Assembly (NCBI GenBank): GCA_011046135.1
Contig: DSBG01000137.1
Span: 23,536-87,535 of the forward strand
Direction: 5' to 3'
Source of the DNA: Deltaproteobacteria bacterium
Lineage (GTDB): Bacteria; Desulfobacterota; Desulfomonilia; UBA1062
Length of the DNA: 64,000 bases
Part shown: positions 45,272-54,953 of the stretch, in pieces
How positions within the stretch are numbered: the stretch's first letter is position 1
Layout: each line of letters opens with the position of its first letter
Position numbers and translations under genes: made by a program
The notes under the pieces: model-generated
Told to the model about the DNA's origin: nothing
The model's input: only the letters and a program-made list of their open reading frames with translations
Database searches by the model: none

Positions 45272-46802
45272 GAGAGGATCAATTCGCAAAGACCCCGGAG
45301 GGAGACTCAACATAGCCCTTGTCTACCCGAACACCTATCGGGTCGGGATGTCGAACCTCGGGCTCCAGACCATGTACCGGCTCTTCAACGAACACCAGGG
45401 GATGCTGTGCGAACGATTTTTCACCGACATCGACGGCTCCGTGGAAACAGGCAGACCCTTGAGCGAGTTTCCCATCATCGCCTTCAGCAGTTCCTACGAA
45501 CTTGACTGGATTGAGATGCTCAGGGTAATGCTGAGAAACAGGATTCAGCCCCGCGCATCCTTGCGAAACGGCCATCCCATCGTGATCGGGGGAGGATCTG
45601 CGCTCACCCTCAACCCGGAGCCGGTTGCAGACCTGTTCGACCTCGTTTTTCTCGGCGACGGTGAACCCCTGCCGGACCTTCTCCGTGATGTGTACACGCA
45701 CAGCAGCAGCTACGACGAGATTTTCGATGGACTCGCGGGGCATGCCGGGATCTACATCCCGACGCGAACGTATCCGCTCCTGGAGGGTGATGAACTCATT
45801 GGATTCGCAGGTCCGAAACCTGAACTCTCCATCGTGAATCCCCTCGAGGTGCCTGCGCATACAACGGTGGTGGCAGAACAGGCCACGTTCGGGGATATGT
45901 TCATGGTGGAGACCGCACGTGGTTGTCCCTTTCGCTGCAGGTTCTGTACGGCCCGCGAGATCTATGCCCCCTTCAGGCCAGTACCCCTGGCTAACCTGGT
46001 GGAAATAGTGGAGAAGGCCGAGCCCTTCGGTTTGAAAATCGGCCTGGTGAGTACCTCATTGAACAATCACCCCGAGGCCCCGCAGATCTTCACGGAGATC
46101 ACCGGGCGCGGGTTGAAGATCTCGCCTCCATCGCTCAGGCTCGGGATGATCAGTGACGAGCTCATCACAGCACTCGCCACTTCCCGGGTCAACGGCGTGA
46201 CCCTGGCGCCGGAGACGGGTTCGGAACAACTCAGGTATGCCATGGGAAAGCACATCTCGGATCAGACCATACTCGAAGACATCTCTTCCCTCATCTCTGC
46301 GGGCATCAGAGACATCAAGCTGTACTTCATGGTGGGCGTTCCCGGAGAGACACACCACCACATCGACGCCACCATCAATCTTATCAGGCGGATCAGGCAG
46401 AGCTTTATCCACGTGTCACGCGGCAACAGAACTCTGGGAACCGTTTCAGTAAGCCTCAATACCTTGGTCCCCAAGCCCCACACGCGCTACGAACGGGAGG
46501 TCATGATCTCTCCCGGTGATGCACGGTCCAGCATCCAGAAGATCGTCAGGGCACTCAAGAAACACAGCAATATCACGGTGAGCTTCGAAGGTCCGAAGTG
46601 GGCATATCTCCAGGCGATCTTTTCCAGGGGGGATCGAACGGTGCTTGATCTCATCGAATCCTTTGCCCGCGATGAAACCAGACCCTGGCGTGAAGTGTTG
46701 AGAAGCTGGCAAAAAAACCCTGACTTCTATGCCCTCAGAGGGCGGGACCTTGGAGAGGTTCTCCCCTGGTCGTTCTACCGGCTCGCCTGCGAAGGGTCGT
46801 AG
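45261..46802 (+). CDS. uncharacterised B12-binding-like/radical-SAM protein (TIGR03960-like family)
   Basis: CxxxCxxC radical-SAM cluster motif (ETARGCPFRCRFCTA) preceded by Rossmann-like N-terminal region (NIALVYPNTYRVGMSNLG); family assignment provisional. Confidence 0.7.
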   Translation: MLSERGSIRKDPGGRLNIALVYPNTYRVGMSNLGLQTMYRLFNEHQGMLCERFFTDIDGSVETGRPLSEFPIIAFSSSYELDWIEMLRVMLRNRIQPRASLRNGHPIVIGGGSALTLNPEPVADLFDLVFLGDGEPLPDLLRDVYTHSSSYDEIFDGLAGHAGIYIPTRTYPLLEGDELIGFAGPKPELSIVNPLEVPAHTTVVAEQATFGDMFMVETARGCPFRCRFCTAREIYAPFRPVPLANLVEIVEKAEPFGLKIGLVSTSLNNHPEAPQIFTEITGRGLKISPPSLRLGMISDELITALATSRVNGVTLAPETGSEQLRYAMGKHISDQTILEDISSLISAGIRDIKLYFMVGVPGETHHHIDATINLIRRIRQSFIHVSRGNRTLGTVSVSLNTLVPKPHTRYEREVMISPGDARSSIQKIVRALKKHSNITVSFEGPKWAYLQAIFSRGDRTVLDLIESFARDETRPWREVLRSWQKNPDFYALRGRDLGEVLPWSFYRLACEGS

Positions 46803-46817
46803 ACAGGAGGAAAGGCA

Positions 46818-47522
46818 GTGAAAGATCCACGTCCCCACTATGAAGGACACAGAAAACGGCTGCGGGATCGGCTGAGAACATCGGGAAGAGAGTCCCTGCG
46901 AGACGATGAGCTCCTGGAAATGCTGCTGGCCTACGGGCTGCCGAGGAGAGATACCAAACCCCTGGCCAAAACGCTCATCAGACAGTTCGGCTCGTATCAC
47001 CGGGTACTCGATGCCTCCTGTACCGAGATAGAACAGGTCGGGGGAATCGGTGAATATACCTCGACCCTTTTCGTCCTCGTGAAGGCCTGCATGAGGCGTT
47101 ACCTCGAGATGGAAACAAGGGACGGGAATGTCCTGAACAGTCCCGAACGCGTGATAGCCTACACCAGGGCAGAGATCGGCAGCCGGGAAAAAGAGCACTT
47201 CATGCTGCTCTGTCTCAATGCCGCCGGAGTACTCATTCACAAGGAAATCATCGCAGAGGGAACCGTGGATCTGGCACATGTCTACCCCCGGGAGATCCTC
47301 AAGACCGCCCTGGAAAAGAATGCCACAGCCCTTATCCTGGTCCACAACCACCCCTCGGGATCACTCGTTCCGTCCGAAAACGACAAGAGACTCACCCGGA
47401 CCTTGAAGGAACTCTGTACGAACCTGGGGATCTCGGTGCACGATCACCTCATCGTAACCAGGAGCGGTGCCTACAGCATCACACTCGAATGCGAGGTCTA
47501 TCCCTATCACCGGGACGTCTGA
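46818..47522 (+). CDS. radC: RadC-family JAB/MPN-domain protein (UPF0758)
   Basis: N-terminal HhH region (DDELLEMLLAYGLPRRDT) and JAMM motif (ALILVHNHPSGSLVPSENDKRLT); GTG start with AGGAGG RBS. Confidence 0.85.
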   Translation: MKDPRPHYEGHRKRLRDRLRTSGRESLRDDELLEMLLAYGLPRRDTKPLAKTLIRQFGSYHRVLDASCTEIEQVGGIGEYTSTLFVLVKACMRRYLEMETRDGNVLNSPERVIAYTRAEIGSREKEHFMLLCLNAAGVLIHKEIIAEGTVDLAHVYPREILKTALEKNATALILVHNHPSGSLVPSENDKRLTRTLKELCTNLGISVHDHLIVTRSGAYSITLECEVYPYHRDV

Positions 47523-47626
47523 CGGAACAGCAGATCATCCGAGGCCCCACCGGACGAAACACCTTGAAACTGCTTCGCCGGGCAGATATGGTGGAATAAA
47601 TATGCCATGAAATTGAAGGTGAGACC

Positions 47627-48991
47627 ATGGAATACGTGCTCGTGGGTGCTGCCTTTCTCGTGGGCTGTCTCCTGGGGTGGATAGGGGCCAGAGGGTACTC
47701 CCGAACCGAAGGCAAGAACGCTGAACAGATCATCTCGCAGGTGCAGGATCAGAACAGGCTCCTGCAAACAGAGCGAGATGATCTGAGGCAGCGCTTGGAA
47801 AACGACAGGATTGACCGGGCCCGTCTCGAAACGAGACTCGAAGAGACCCAGCACCGGCTCACGGAGCAGAAGGCACTCATCGAAGAATCTGCGCGGAAAT
47901 TGACCGACACGTTCAAGGCGCTGTCCCTGGACGCCCTCTCCGAGAACAACAGGTCCTTTCTCGTGCTCGCCCAGAAAACACTCCAGATTACCGCCTCGGA
48001 GATGACGGGAGATCTCGAAAAGAGAAAGCAGGCCATTGATGCCCTCATAAAGCCTCTTGATGAGACACTGAAACGCTATGAAGTTCAGATCCTTGAGATG
48101 GAGAAATCCAGGAGTCAGGCTTACGGGGACATCACCCGTCACATGGAAGAGCTCGTCCGCACACAGGAACAGCTCAAGGATCAGACCCGCTCGCTGCAGA
48201 GTGCTCTGAGGGAACCACAGGTGCGGGGCAGGTGGGGAGAGATCACGTTGAAGCGGGTCGTCGAGATTTCCGGCATGTCCAGCCACTGTGATTTTGTGGA
48301 ACAGCCGTCGACGCTTACCGAAACCGGGCTCAAGCGACCGGACATGATCGTGAAGCTCCCCCAGGGGCGTCAGGTGATCATTGATGCCAAGGTTCCCCTG
48401 CGCTCGTACATGGACGCCTTCGAGAGTGATGATGAGGAGGTCAGGAAGGCTTCTTTCACCAGGCATGCCCAGGCGGTGAGATCTCACATGATCTCCCTGG
48501 CCTCGAGAGACTACTGGAAGCAGTTTGATCAGAGCCCCGACTTCGTCGTGCTCTTCCTCCCGGGTGAGTCTTTTTTCAGCGCAGCGTTGGAGCACGATCA
48601 GAGCCTTATCGAGGACGGCATCGCCAGACGGGTCATTATTTCCACACCCACAACCCTGATCGCTCTGCTTCGTACCATCGCCGCAGTCTGGCAGCAGAAC
48701 CTGATTTCTGAAAATGCCCGGGAAGTCTGGGAAACGGGCCTCGAGCTCTATGAACGGGTGAGTGTCATGGTACGCCACCTGGCAAAGATCGGAGAAGGAA
48801 TCCTGAAGACAACCCAGGCGTATAACGCTGCCCTCGGTTCCTGGGAGACTCGGGTACAGCCCAGTGCCCACCGACTCAAGGGCCTCGTTTCACCCCTCCA
48901 GGGCAAGGAACTCCCCATACCGGTACCCGTGGATCTTTCTCCCAGAGGAACGCCTCCGGTTACCGATGATCAGGAAGAGGGCACACCCTGA
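47627..48991 (+). CDS. rmuC: DNA recombination protein RmuC
   Basis: N-terminal TM, long coiled coil, C-terminal RmuC nuclease-like domain (PDMIVKLPQGRQVIIDAKVPL...FVVLFLPGE). Confidence 0.85.
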   Translation: MEYVLVGAAFLVGCLLGWIGARGYSRTEGKNAEQIISQVQDQNRLLQTERDDLRQRLENDRIDRARLETRLEETQHRLTEQKALIEESARKLTDTFKALSLDALSENNRSFLVLAQKTLQITASEMTGDLEKRKQAIDALIKPLDETLKRYEVQILEMEKSRSQAYGDITRHMEELVRTQEQLKDQTRSLQSALREPQVRGRWGEITLKRVVEISGMSSHCDFVEQPSTLTETGLKRPDMIVKLPQGRQVIIDAKVPLRSYMDAFESDDEEVRKASFTRHAQAVRSHMISLASRDYWKQFDQSPDFVVLFLPGESFFSAALEHDQSLIEDGIARRVIISTPTTLIALLRTIAAVWQQNLISENAREVWETGLELYERVSVMVRHLAKIGEGILKTTQAYNAALGSWETRVQPSAHRLKGLVSPLQGKELPIPVPVDLSPRGTPPVTDDQEEGTP

Positions 48992-49007
48992 AACGGCAGT
49001 CTTGTCA

Positions 49008-49379
49008 TCAGGGGGTTTCAAGCAGGCTCTGAACCTTGAAGAGGATGACATGGGCCGGTGAAGGTTTCACCAGGTAGAGGTTTGCCCCCGCCTCGTAAAC
49101 GAGCCGTTTGTTTTCAGTGCTCGCCTCGGTGGTGAGCATGATGACAGGAAGATCACGGTACTGTGGGTCCTTCCTGAGTGTGCCGATGAACTCGATCCCG
49201 TCCATGTTGGGCATGTTCAGATCTGAGATTACCAGCGAGATGTCGGAATCCATGGCAAGTTTCTCGAGGGCTTCAAATCCATCTGAGGCCTCGATGCACT
49301 GGAAATTTTTCGGTCTCAGGGCAAGGACCAGGAATTTTCGTGCCGTCGGAGAATCATCCACGATCAGGATTTTGTGCAT
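49008..49379 (-). CDS. CheY-like single-domain response regulator
   Basis: ATG 49379 (MHKILIVDD), DLNMPNMDG, LTT...K receiver motifs; last gene of the flagellar/chemotaxis operon. Confidence 0.85.
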   Translation of the reverse strand: MHKILIVDDSPTARKFLVLALRPKNFQCIEASDGFEALEKLAMDSDISLVISDLNMPNMDGIEFIGTLRKDPQYRDLPVIMLTTEASTENKRLVYEAGANLYLVKPSPAHVILFKVQSLLETP

Positions 49380-49389
49380 AAACGTGCCT

Positions 49390-50253
49390 CTAATCCTTCT
49401 TGTAGGCCAGTGCTCCGGGAAAATGGACGAGCTTGAAGGCACTCGAAATGTTGTGGAGGGATTCTGCGTGGCCGATGAACAGATATCCCCCGGGATTGAG
49501 GTTGTCATAGAGCTGGGAGACGAAGCGTCTCCGGAGATCATCATCGAAGTAGATCAGGACGTTTCTGCAGAAGATGATGTCGAAGCCCCTCATGAGTTCG
49601 ACACGTCGTGCATCCGCAAAGTTCAGGTATCCGGGCTCTACAAGAGACCTGATGTCATCGGAGACGGTGTACAGTCCGTCTCCGTTGGGGGTGAAGTACT
49701 GCTCCTTGATGGTCTGTGGAACCAGTCTGAGGGTGTATTCATTGTACTGAGCTGCACCGGCGGAACGCAGCGCCTTTTCGGAGATGTCGCTCGCCACGAT
49801 CTTCACTTCCCAGGACGGGATGGACTCCTTGAGAACCTCAGTGACGACGATGGCCAGCGTGTACGGTTCATCACCGGTGGAGCACCCGGCGGACCAGAGT
49901 CTCAGGCGTGACTCACCGGCCATCTGTTTCTTCGCCAGGGTTTCGGGGAGAACCTGTTCCTGGAGGGCCTGAATCTGTGTGGGGTTCCTGAAGAAGCTGG
50001 TTTCGTTGGTTGTCACGGAATCGAACAGCGCCCTGAGTTCTCCGCCGGAATCGGGGTCGTACTTGAGCAGGTAGTAGTACTTGTCAAACTCGTTGAGGTT
50101 GTGTGCCTTCAACCGCAGCAGGAGCCTGTTCTCCAGTTGAGACTTCTTGTCATCGGCAAAAAAGATGCCGGAGGTTTCGTAGATGAAATCCCGCAGAAGT
50201 TTGAAGATCTCGTCAGTCATCATCTGAGGGGGAGCGCTCCTGGCTTCAATCAT
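49390..50253 (-). CDS. cheR: chemotaxis protein methyltransferase CheR
   Basis: N-terminal helical domain (FKLLRDFIYETSGIFF) and SAM-binding fold (LWSAGCSTGDEPYTLAI...DIIFCRNVLIYFD); ATG 50253 is 5 nt after upstream gene stop. Confidence 0.88.
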   Translation of the reverse strand: MIEARSAPPQMMTDEIFKLLRDFIYETSGIFFADDKKSQLENRLLLRLKAHNLNEFDKYYYLLKYDPDSGGELRALFDSVTTNETSFFRNPTQIQALQEQVLPETLAKKQMAGESRLRLWSAGCSTGDEPYTLAIVVTEVLKESIPSWEVKIVASDISEKALRSAGAAQYNEYTLRLVPQTIKEQYFTPNGDGLYTVSDDIRSLVEPGYLNFADARRVELMRGFDIIFCRNVLIYFDDDLRRRFVSQLYDNLNPGGYLFIGHAESLHNISSAFKLVHFPGALAYKKD

Positions 50254-50257
50254 CACG

Positions 50258-51148
50258 TCACTCCGTCGGGGTCGAATCACTCACGGTGGAGATGTAGTGT
50301 GTCACTTCGTCTCCCAGGGCGTCCATTTCGAAGGTGATTCTCTCGAGATCGAGGTCATCCACCGGGTATCCTCGTTCCTTGAGGATGTTCCAGGAGTCCT
50401 CGTCGCTCAGGATGAAAGACATGCTGTCCCCCCCGCAGGAAAGCTCCTTTGCCTTGGCGAGCTGATTTGCAATGGATATCAGCGAGGTGATGTCAGGAAA
50501 GGATGCCTTCGAAGGGGTGTGGTGCCACAGGATGATGTCTGAGAGGTAGGGAGGAAGGTTCCATTTCTGTGCCAGGTAGAACCCTATGTCCATGTGGGTG
50601 GTTCCGCAGACCTCTTTCTCGATCTGATGGATGGATCGATGCTGCGCAATGGACAGGGTGTGGGCCTCCATGAAGTCTTCGTGAAAATACGCGTCCAGGA
50701 TGATCTTTCCGATGTCATGGAGCAGGCCACCGACAAACTCCCGCCCCTTGGACCTCATGCCGAGTTTCCTGTCAAGGATTCTGGCGATGAGACCTGTTGC
50801 AACAGAATGATTCCAGTAATGCTTTCTGATGGATTCTTCTTCGCTGCTGTCCCGGGGAAGGGAGGACATGATGGAGATGGAGGTGGTGATGTTGATGATC
50901 TGGGTCAAGCCCATGAGAATGATTGCGTTGTGCAGCGTATCAACGGGTTGAGGACTCCTGCGGTAGAACACCGAGTTTGCCATTTTCAGCACCTTGGTCG
51001 CCAGCGGAGGGTCCTGGTGGATGGTCTCGGATAGCTGCCTGATGGAAACCTCGGGAGACTGGGCGAGGGAGAGAACCTCGGTGGCCACGGAAGGGAGAGT
51101 CGGCAGATCTTCTATGGTTCTGATCCGTTCGAAAATGTCTTTTCTCAT
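50258..51148 (-). CDS. HDOD domain protein (stand-alone) inside flagellar/chemotaxis operon
   Basis: LPTLPSVATEVLSLAQSPEVSIRQLSETIHQDPPLATKVLKMANSVFY...LLHDIGKIIL...HMDIG HDOD signature; start 1 nt after HEAT-protein stop. Confidence 0.85.
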   Translation of the reverse strand: MRKDIFERIRTIEDLPTLPSVATEVLSLAQSPEVSIRQLSETIHQDPPLATKVLKMANSVFYRRSPQPVDTLHNAIILMGLTQIINITTSISIMSSLPRDSSEEESIRKHYWNHSVATGLIARILDRKLGMRSKGREFVGGLLHDIGKIILDAYFHEDFMEAHTLSIAQHRSIHQIEKEVCGTTHMDIGFYLAQKWNLPPYLSDIILWHHTPSKASFPDITSLISIANQLAKAKELSCGGDSMSFILSDEDSWNILKERGYPVDDLDLERITFEMDALGDEVTHYISTVSDSTPTE

Positions 51149-51149
51149 C

Positions 51150-53063
51150 TCAGAATGACACCCCCTGCAGCCTGTCGATTGCCTCGGAAACAGCCCGGGC
51201 AACATCGAGATTGTCATCGTCGGCGTAGAGTTCGAGTTCGCGGACCAACGATGCGTCTTCCCACCTTCCGAGGGATTTTGCCGCCGTTATTCTCAAGAAC
51301 TCCGATCCGGTTCCCAGCACCTCCAGGAGCTTCCTTTTTGCATCCTCATCCCTGAACTGCCCCAGGGACTCCAGCGCATGGGATGCATCCCGCAGGGAGG
51401 ACGAGTCGGCCGCTTCGTCAAGACAGGCACGCAACTCGTTGATTTTTCGTGCTCCTATGAGGTCGAGGGCCATCTGGCGGACCGGAGCATGGTCATCTCC
51501 GAGAAAGGAGAGGATGAGATCTCTGCCCACATCGAGGGTATTGTCCCGGATCGCTCGTACTGACGCAGCACGCACCCCGGGGTCGTGATCCGTGGAGAGC
51601 CGTACGGCTGCGTCCTTAAGCAGGGGGCTCTGCATCGTGTACAGCCCTTGTAACCCAGTGACTCTCTCTTCGGAGGTTGTTCCCCTGATCAGGGACATGA
51701 AAATCCCCTGAGCAGTCTCGCCACCTATTTTTGCGACGGCATTCAGTGCCGCAGCCCGTACGTCGGGGTACCGGTGGGAAAGGAGCACTGAAATTTGAAT
51801 GCTGTCTTCGGCTGTTCCGAAAACACTGAGCGCACGAAGTGCCGCAGTGATGACATGCCCGTCATCATCGTCCAGCAGAGTCACGAACAAGTCACGGTGA
51901 GATGGGCCGCCGATCCGTGCAAGGGCATCTACCAGGGAGCGTTTTGCATACCCGTGTGCTGAAGGGACCCGTTGTGCAATACGTCGGGCCTCCTCTTCAC
52001 CCCCGCACTGAGCGAGGACCTCCGCTGCGAGAATCTGGAGCTTTTCCTGATGATCGAGCAGTTCCAGCATCATGACGGGTGAATTCAGTGCGACGAGGGT
52101 CGAACGAATGGCATCCCACTGCCTCGGCTGGGTATCGGGTTCTCTTTGAGAGGCAAGCTCAATCAGAACCGGTATCGTCTCTGTATCTCCGATGACACAG
52201 AGTGCTGCGAGAAATGTCAGGAGAGGTTCATCCTCCGCGGACAGGAGGAGGGTTTCAACACGCGTTTTGATGAGTGTTCGTTCCGCTACACCAAGGGTCA
52301 CGATGTCATGGGCGGGGAGAATGGTGAGGATCGTAGAGACGAGGGCTGACTGAAGACCCTCCGCGGCGTCTCTGAGCATGGATGTAAGGACCGGTAGGCT
52401 CTGTGGAGAACGCGCGTTCCCAAGAGCCTCGAGGATGGCAAGGACTGACATTTCATCGTCTGATCGCCGTTCGAGTTCGTCCACGAGAAAATCCACCGCG
52501 TCACCGTGGGGGATCTTCGCCAGGGCCTCGATCACGGAAAAGCGTATCCACTCGTGCTCATCGTTCTCAGAGAGCATGGGTTCCAGGATTGGGAGGGCCT
52601 TCGGATCACCGAGCACCCCCAGTGAGATGACACAGGCATTCCTCACGTTGGGATTTTCATCCGAGAGGCCTTTCATGAGGGTGTCGAGACTTTCAGCTCT
52701 GGCGATACTGCCCAGGATATCACAGATGAAGAGACGGACATTGTCATTGCTGTGAGATGCGTGGAAATGCAGGATATCCAATCCGTCCTCTCCAACCTTT
52801 CTGAGGAGATCCATGGCCGAGTTCCGCACCGAGATCTCCTGTCTGGAGAGGAGCGGTACGAGCCTCTCGACGGTCGATCTTCCTCCCAGCAGGAGCAGTC
52901 CGTTGAACGCTGCATCCCTGACCCCGCTGTTCGAATCCTCGAGGAGCCCGACCAGCCGATCTATGGCCTCCTCGTTCCCCTGGCCGGCAAGCACTAGTGC
53001 GGCTTCACGACGCTCGGCAGGGTCGTGTGACGTCACCTTGTCATCCATCATCGAACTGTCCAT
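51150..53063 (-). CDS. HEAT/PBS-lyase-type repeat protein (637 aa)
   Basis: ~18 tandem ~30-aa repeats of the form xxVRxxAxxALGxIGxxxAxxxLxxLLxDxx throughout; no enzymatic motif. Confidence 0.8.
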   Translation of the reverse strand: MDSSMMDDKVTSHDPAERREAALVLAGQGNEEAIDRLVGLLEDSNSGVRDAAFNGLLLLGGRSTVERLVPLLSRQEISVRNSAMDLLRKVGEDGLDILHFHASHSNDNVRLFICDILGSIARAESLDTLMKGLSDENPNVRNACVISLGVLGDPKALPILEPMLSENDEHEWIRFSVIEALAKIPHGDAVDFLVDELERRSDDEMSVLAILEALGNARSPQSLPVLTSMLRDAAEGLQSALVSTILTILPAHDIVTLGVAERTLIKTRVETLLLSAEDEPLLTFLAALCVIGDTETIPVLIELASQREPDTQPRQWDAIRSTLVALNSPVMMLELLDHQEKLQILAAEVLAQCGGEEEARRIAQRVPSAHGYAKRSLVDALARIGGPSHRDLFVTLLDDDDGHVITAALRALSVFGTAEDSIQISVLLSHRYPDVRAAALNAVAKIGGETAQGIFMSLIRGTTSEERVTGLQGLYTMQSPLLKDAAVRLSTDHDPGVRAASVRAIRDNTLDVGRDLILSFLGDDHAPVRQMALDLIGARKINELRACLDEAADSSSLRDASHALESLGQFRDEDAKRKLLEVLGTGSEFLRITAAKSLGRWEDASLVRELELYADDDNLDVARAVSEAIDRLQGVSF

Positions 53064-53140
53064 GATTCTATTCCTGACTGCTCCTTCAGGGTGGGGAGTG
53101 CTTCCCTCACGTACCCTCTCTCTTCATCGCGCGGACCTGT

Positions 53141-53737
53141 TCAGTGCATGTCAAACTGGATGAATGCGACATCTCGGATGTGGTACTGCTGCAGGTCACG
53201 CCGGAGCATGTCTGTGAGTTCGTTCTTTGAATACAGGGTGCTGTTTTCGGAAAGCCGCGTGTAGATGAGGCTGCGCAGGTCGAATAGTCTGCTGTATACG
53301 TTCGACTCTCTCTCGAGGTCTGTCTGGAGACTCACCTGGGCAATGAGCACCCCGATCCCTGAATTCTCGTTCCTGGGTTCGGTGAGGATCACGAAAGGGT
53401 CAAGGACGACCTCCTTCTGCCAGTGGGGGATTCTCTGGAAGACAGGAACCGGTGGCTCTTCAACGGGACCGTTCCCGGGTGGGAGACGCATGAACAGAAT
53501 GGTCCCGGCGATAACGGCAATGAAGCCGGAAAGGCCCAGGAGCGACATCACCACAGTACGGCTTCTGAACTGAGTTCTCCGGAAAAACGTGGACGATGGT
53601 TCCTGAGGATCTCTCTGCGGATCGGGTGCGTTCTCTTCGTGCCTGATCCCCTCCGTGTCGAGAGCGTCCTTCGAGGCGGGATCGAGGGGAATGCCTTCTT
53701 TGTCGAGATCGGCCTTCTTGCCGGAGCGTTCAGACAC
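53141..53737 (-). CDS. fliL: flagellar basal body-associated protein FliL (probable)
   Basis: 198 aa, disordered N-terminus, single TM (VVMSLLGLSGFIAVIAGTILF), periplasmic FliL-like C-domain ending ...IRDVAFIQFDMH; located between cheY and flagellar genes. Confidence 0.55.
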   Translation of the reverse strand: MSERSGKKADLDKEGIPLDPASKDALDTEGIRHEENAPDPQRDPQEPSSTFFRRTQFRSRTVVMSLLGLSGFIAVIAGTILFMRLPPGNGPVEEPPVPVFQRIPHWQKEVVLDPFVILTEPRNENSGIGVLIAQVSLQTDLERESNVYSRLFDLRSLIYTRLSENSTLYSKNELTDMLRRDLQQYHIRDVAFIQFDMH

Positions 53738-53746
53738 GGTCTTCCC

Positions 53747-54130
53747 TCACGAGCTGAAGAGCTGGTTGATCTTCTGGCTCAAGGTTTCGGCGGTGAAGGG
53801 CTTGACGATATAGTTGTTCACACCGGATTTCACGGCCTCGATGATGTTCTCCTGCTGGGCCTCAGCCGTGACCATGAGGAAGGGAATGGGCCTCAGGGCA
53901 TCATCAGCCTTCATGACCTTCAGGAGTTCAAGGCCGGTCATCTTGGGCATGTTCCAGTCGGATATCACCATGGCGATCTTTTCCCTCTGGAGGATCTCAA
54001 GGGCTGTCGATCCGTCGTCAGCCTCGATGATATTGGTGAAGTTGAGCTGTCTGAGGATGTTTCTCACGATCCTTCTCATGGTGGAGAAATCATCAACAAC
54101 GAGCACCTTCATAGTCTTATCAAGAGCCAT
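53747..54130 (-). CDS. cheY: chemotaxis response regulator CheY
   Basis: [19 protein letters not shown]...[15 protein letters not shown]...MVTAEAQ...NYIVKPF: CheY-type receiver with FliM-binding surface residues. Confidence 0.9.
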   Translation of the reverse strand: MALDKTMKVLVVDDFSTMRRIVRNILRQLNFTNIIEADDGSTALEILQREKIAMVISDWNMPKMTGLELLKVMKADDALRPIPFLMVTAEAQQENIIEAVKSGVNNYIVKPFTAETLSQKINQLFSS

Positions 54131-54179
54131 ACATCCTCCGTGTCCTTCTCCTGTTCATCGAACTCTTGCCTCGCTATCT

Positions 54180-54953
54180 CTAGACGACGGCGACCTCCTT
54201 AAAGATTTTTTGCATCTTTGAGCGGAGCCTCAGAATCGCCTTGGTATGGATCTGAGACACCCTGGATTCCGTGAACTTCAGTACGTTGCCGATTTCCTTC
54301 ATGGTGAGTTCATCGTAATAGTACAGCGAGATCACCATGCGCTCCTTTTCGGGTAGTGAGATAATCGTTTTGACCACCATCTCCCTGATTTCTGCATAGC
54401 GCAGTTTGTGGGAGGGCCATTCCTTCTCGTCCTGAATGATGAATTCCAGGATATTTCGTTTGGACATGTCCGTATCGTCTTCGCCGAGGTCATCGAGGCT
54501 CAGCAGTGAAACAGAGGAGGTTTCGGAGAGGAGTTTGTAGAACGACTCCAGGTCGATATTCATCTCCTGTGCCACCTCTTCGTCACTGGCCGGCCGTCCC
54601 AACTGGAACTCCAGTCTCGTATAGGCGTCTTCGACCTTCCTCGCCTTCTGCCTGATGGATCGGGGCACCCAGTCCATGGACCTGAGTTCATCGAGGATCG
54701 CACCGCGGATCCTGAACTCCGCGTAGGTTTTAAACTTGATCTGCTTGCTCGAATCGAACTTTTCTATGGCATCCATCAGTCCGATTACACCGGCATTGAT
54801 CAGATCGTTCAGGTCGATGTGCGGCGGGAGGCGAAGGGCTATACGGGATGCGATATACTTGATCAGCGGAGAAAACTCGCCGATGATCTTTGCCCTGACC
54901 TTGGGGTTGAGCTTCTGCGCCTCAGTAAGTTCCGTGTATGCGATATCCTGCAT
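54180..54953 (-). CDS. fliA: flagellar sigma factor sigma-28 (FliA/WhiG)
   Basis: Sigma-70 region 2 (LINAGVIGLMDAIEKFD...FKTYAEFRIRGAILDELR), region 3, region 4 HTH (LTMKEIGNVLKFTESRVSQIHTKAILRLR). Confidence 0.9.
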   Translation of the reverse strand: MQDIAYTELTEAQKLNPKVRAKIIGEFSPLIKYIASRIALRLPPHIDLNDLINAGVIGLMDAIEKFDSSKQIKFKTYAEFRIRGAILDELRSMDWVPRSIRQKARKVEDAYTRLEFQLGRPASDEEVAQEMNIDLESFYKLLSETSSVSLLSLDDLGEDDTDMSKRNILEFIIQDEKEWPSHKLRYAEIREMVVKTIISLPEKERMVISLYYYDELTMKEIGNVLKFTESRVSQIHTKAILRLRSKMQKIFKEVAVV

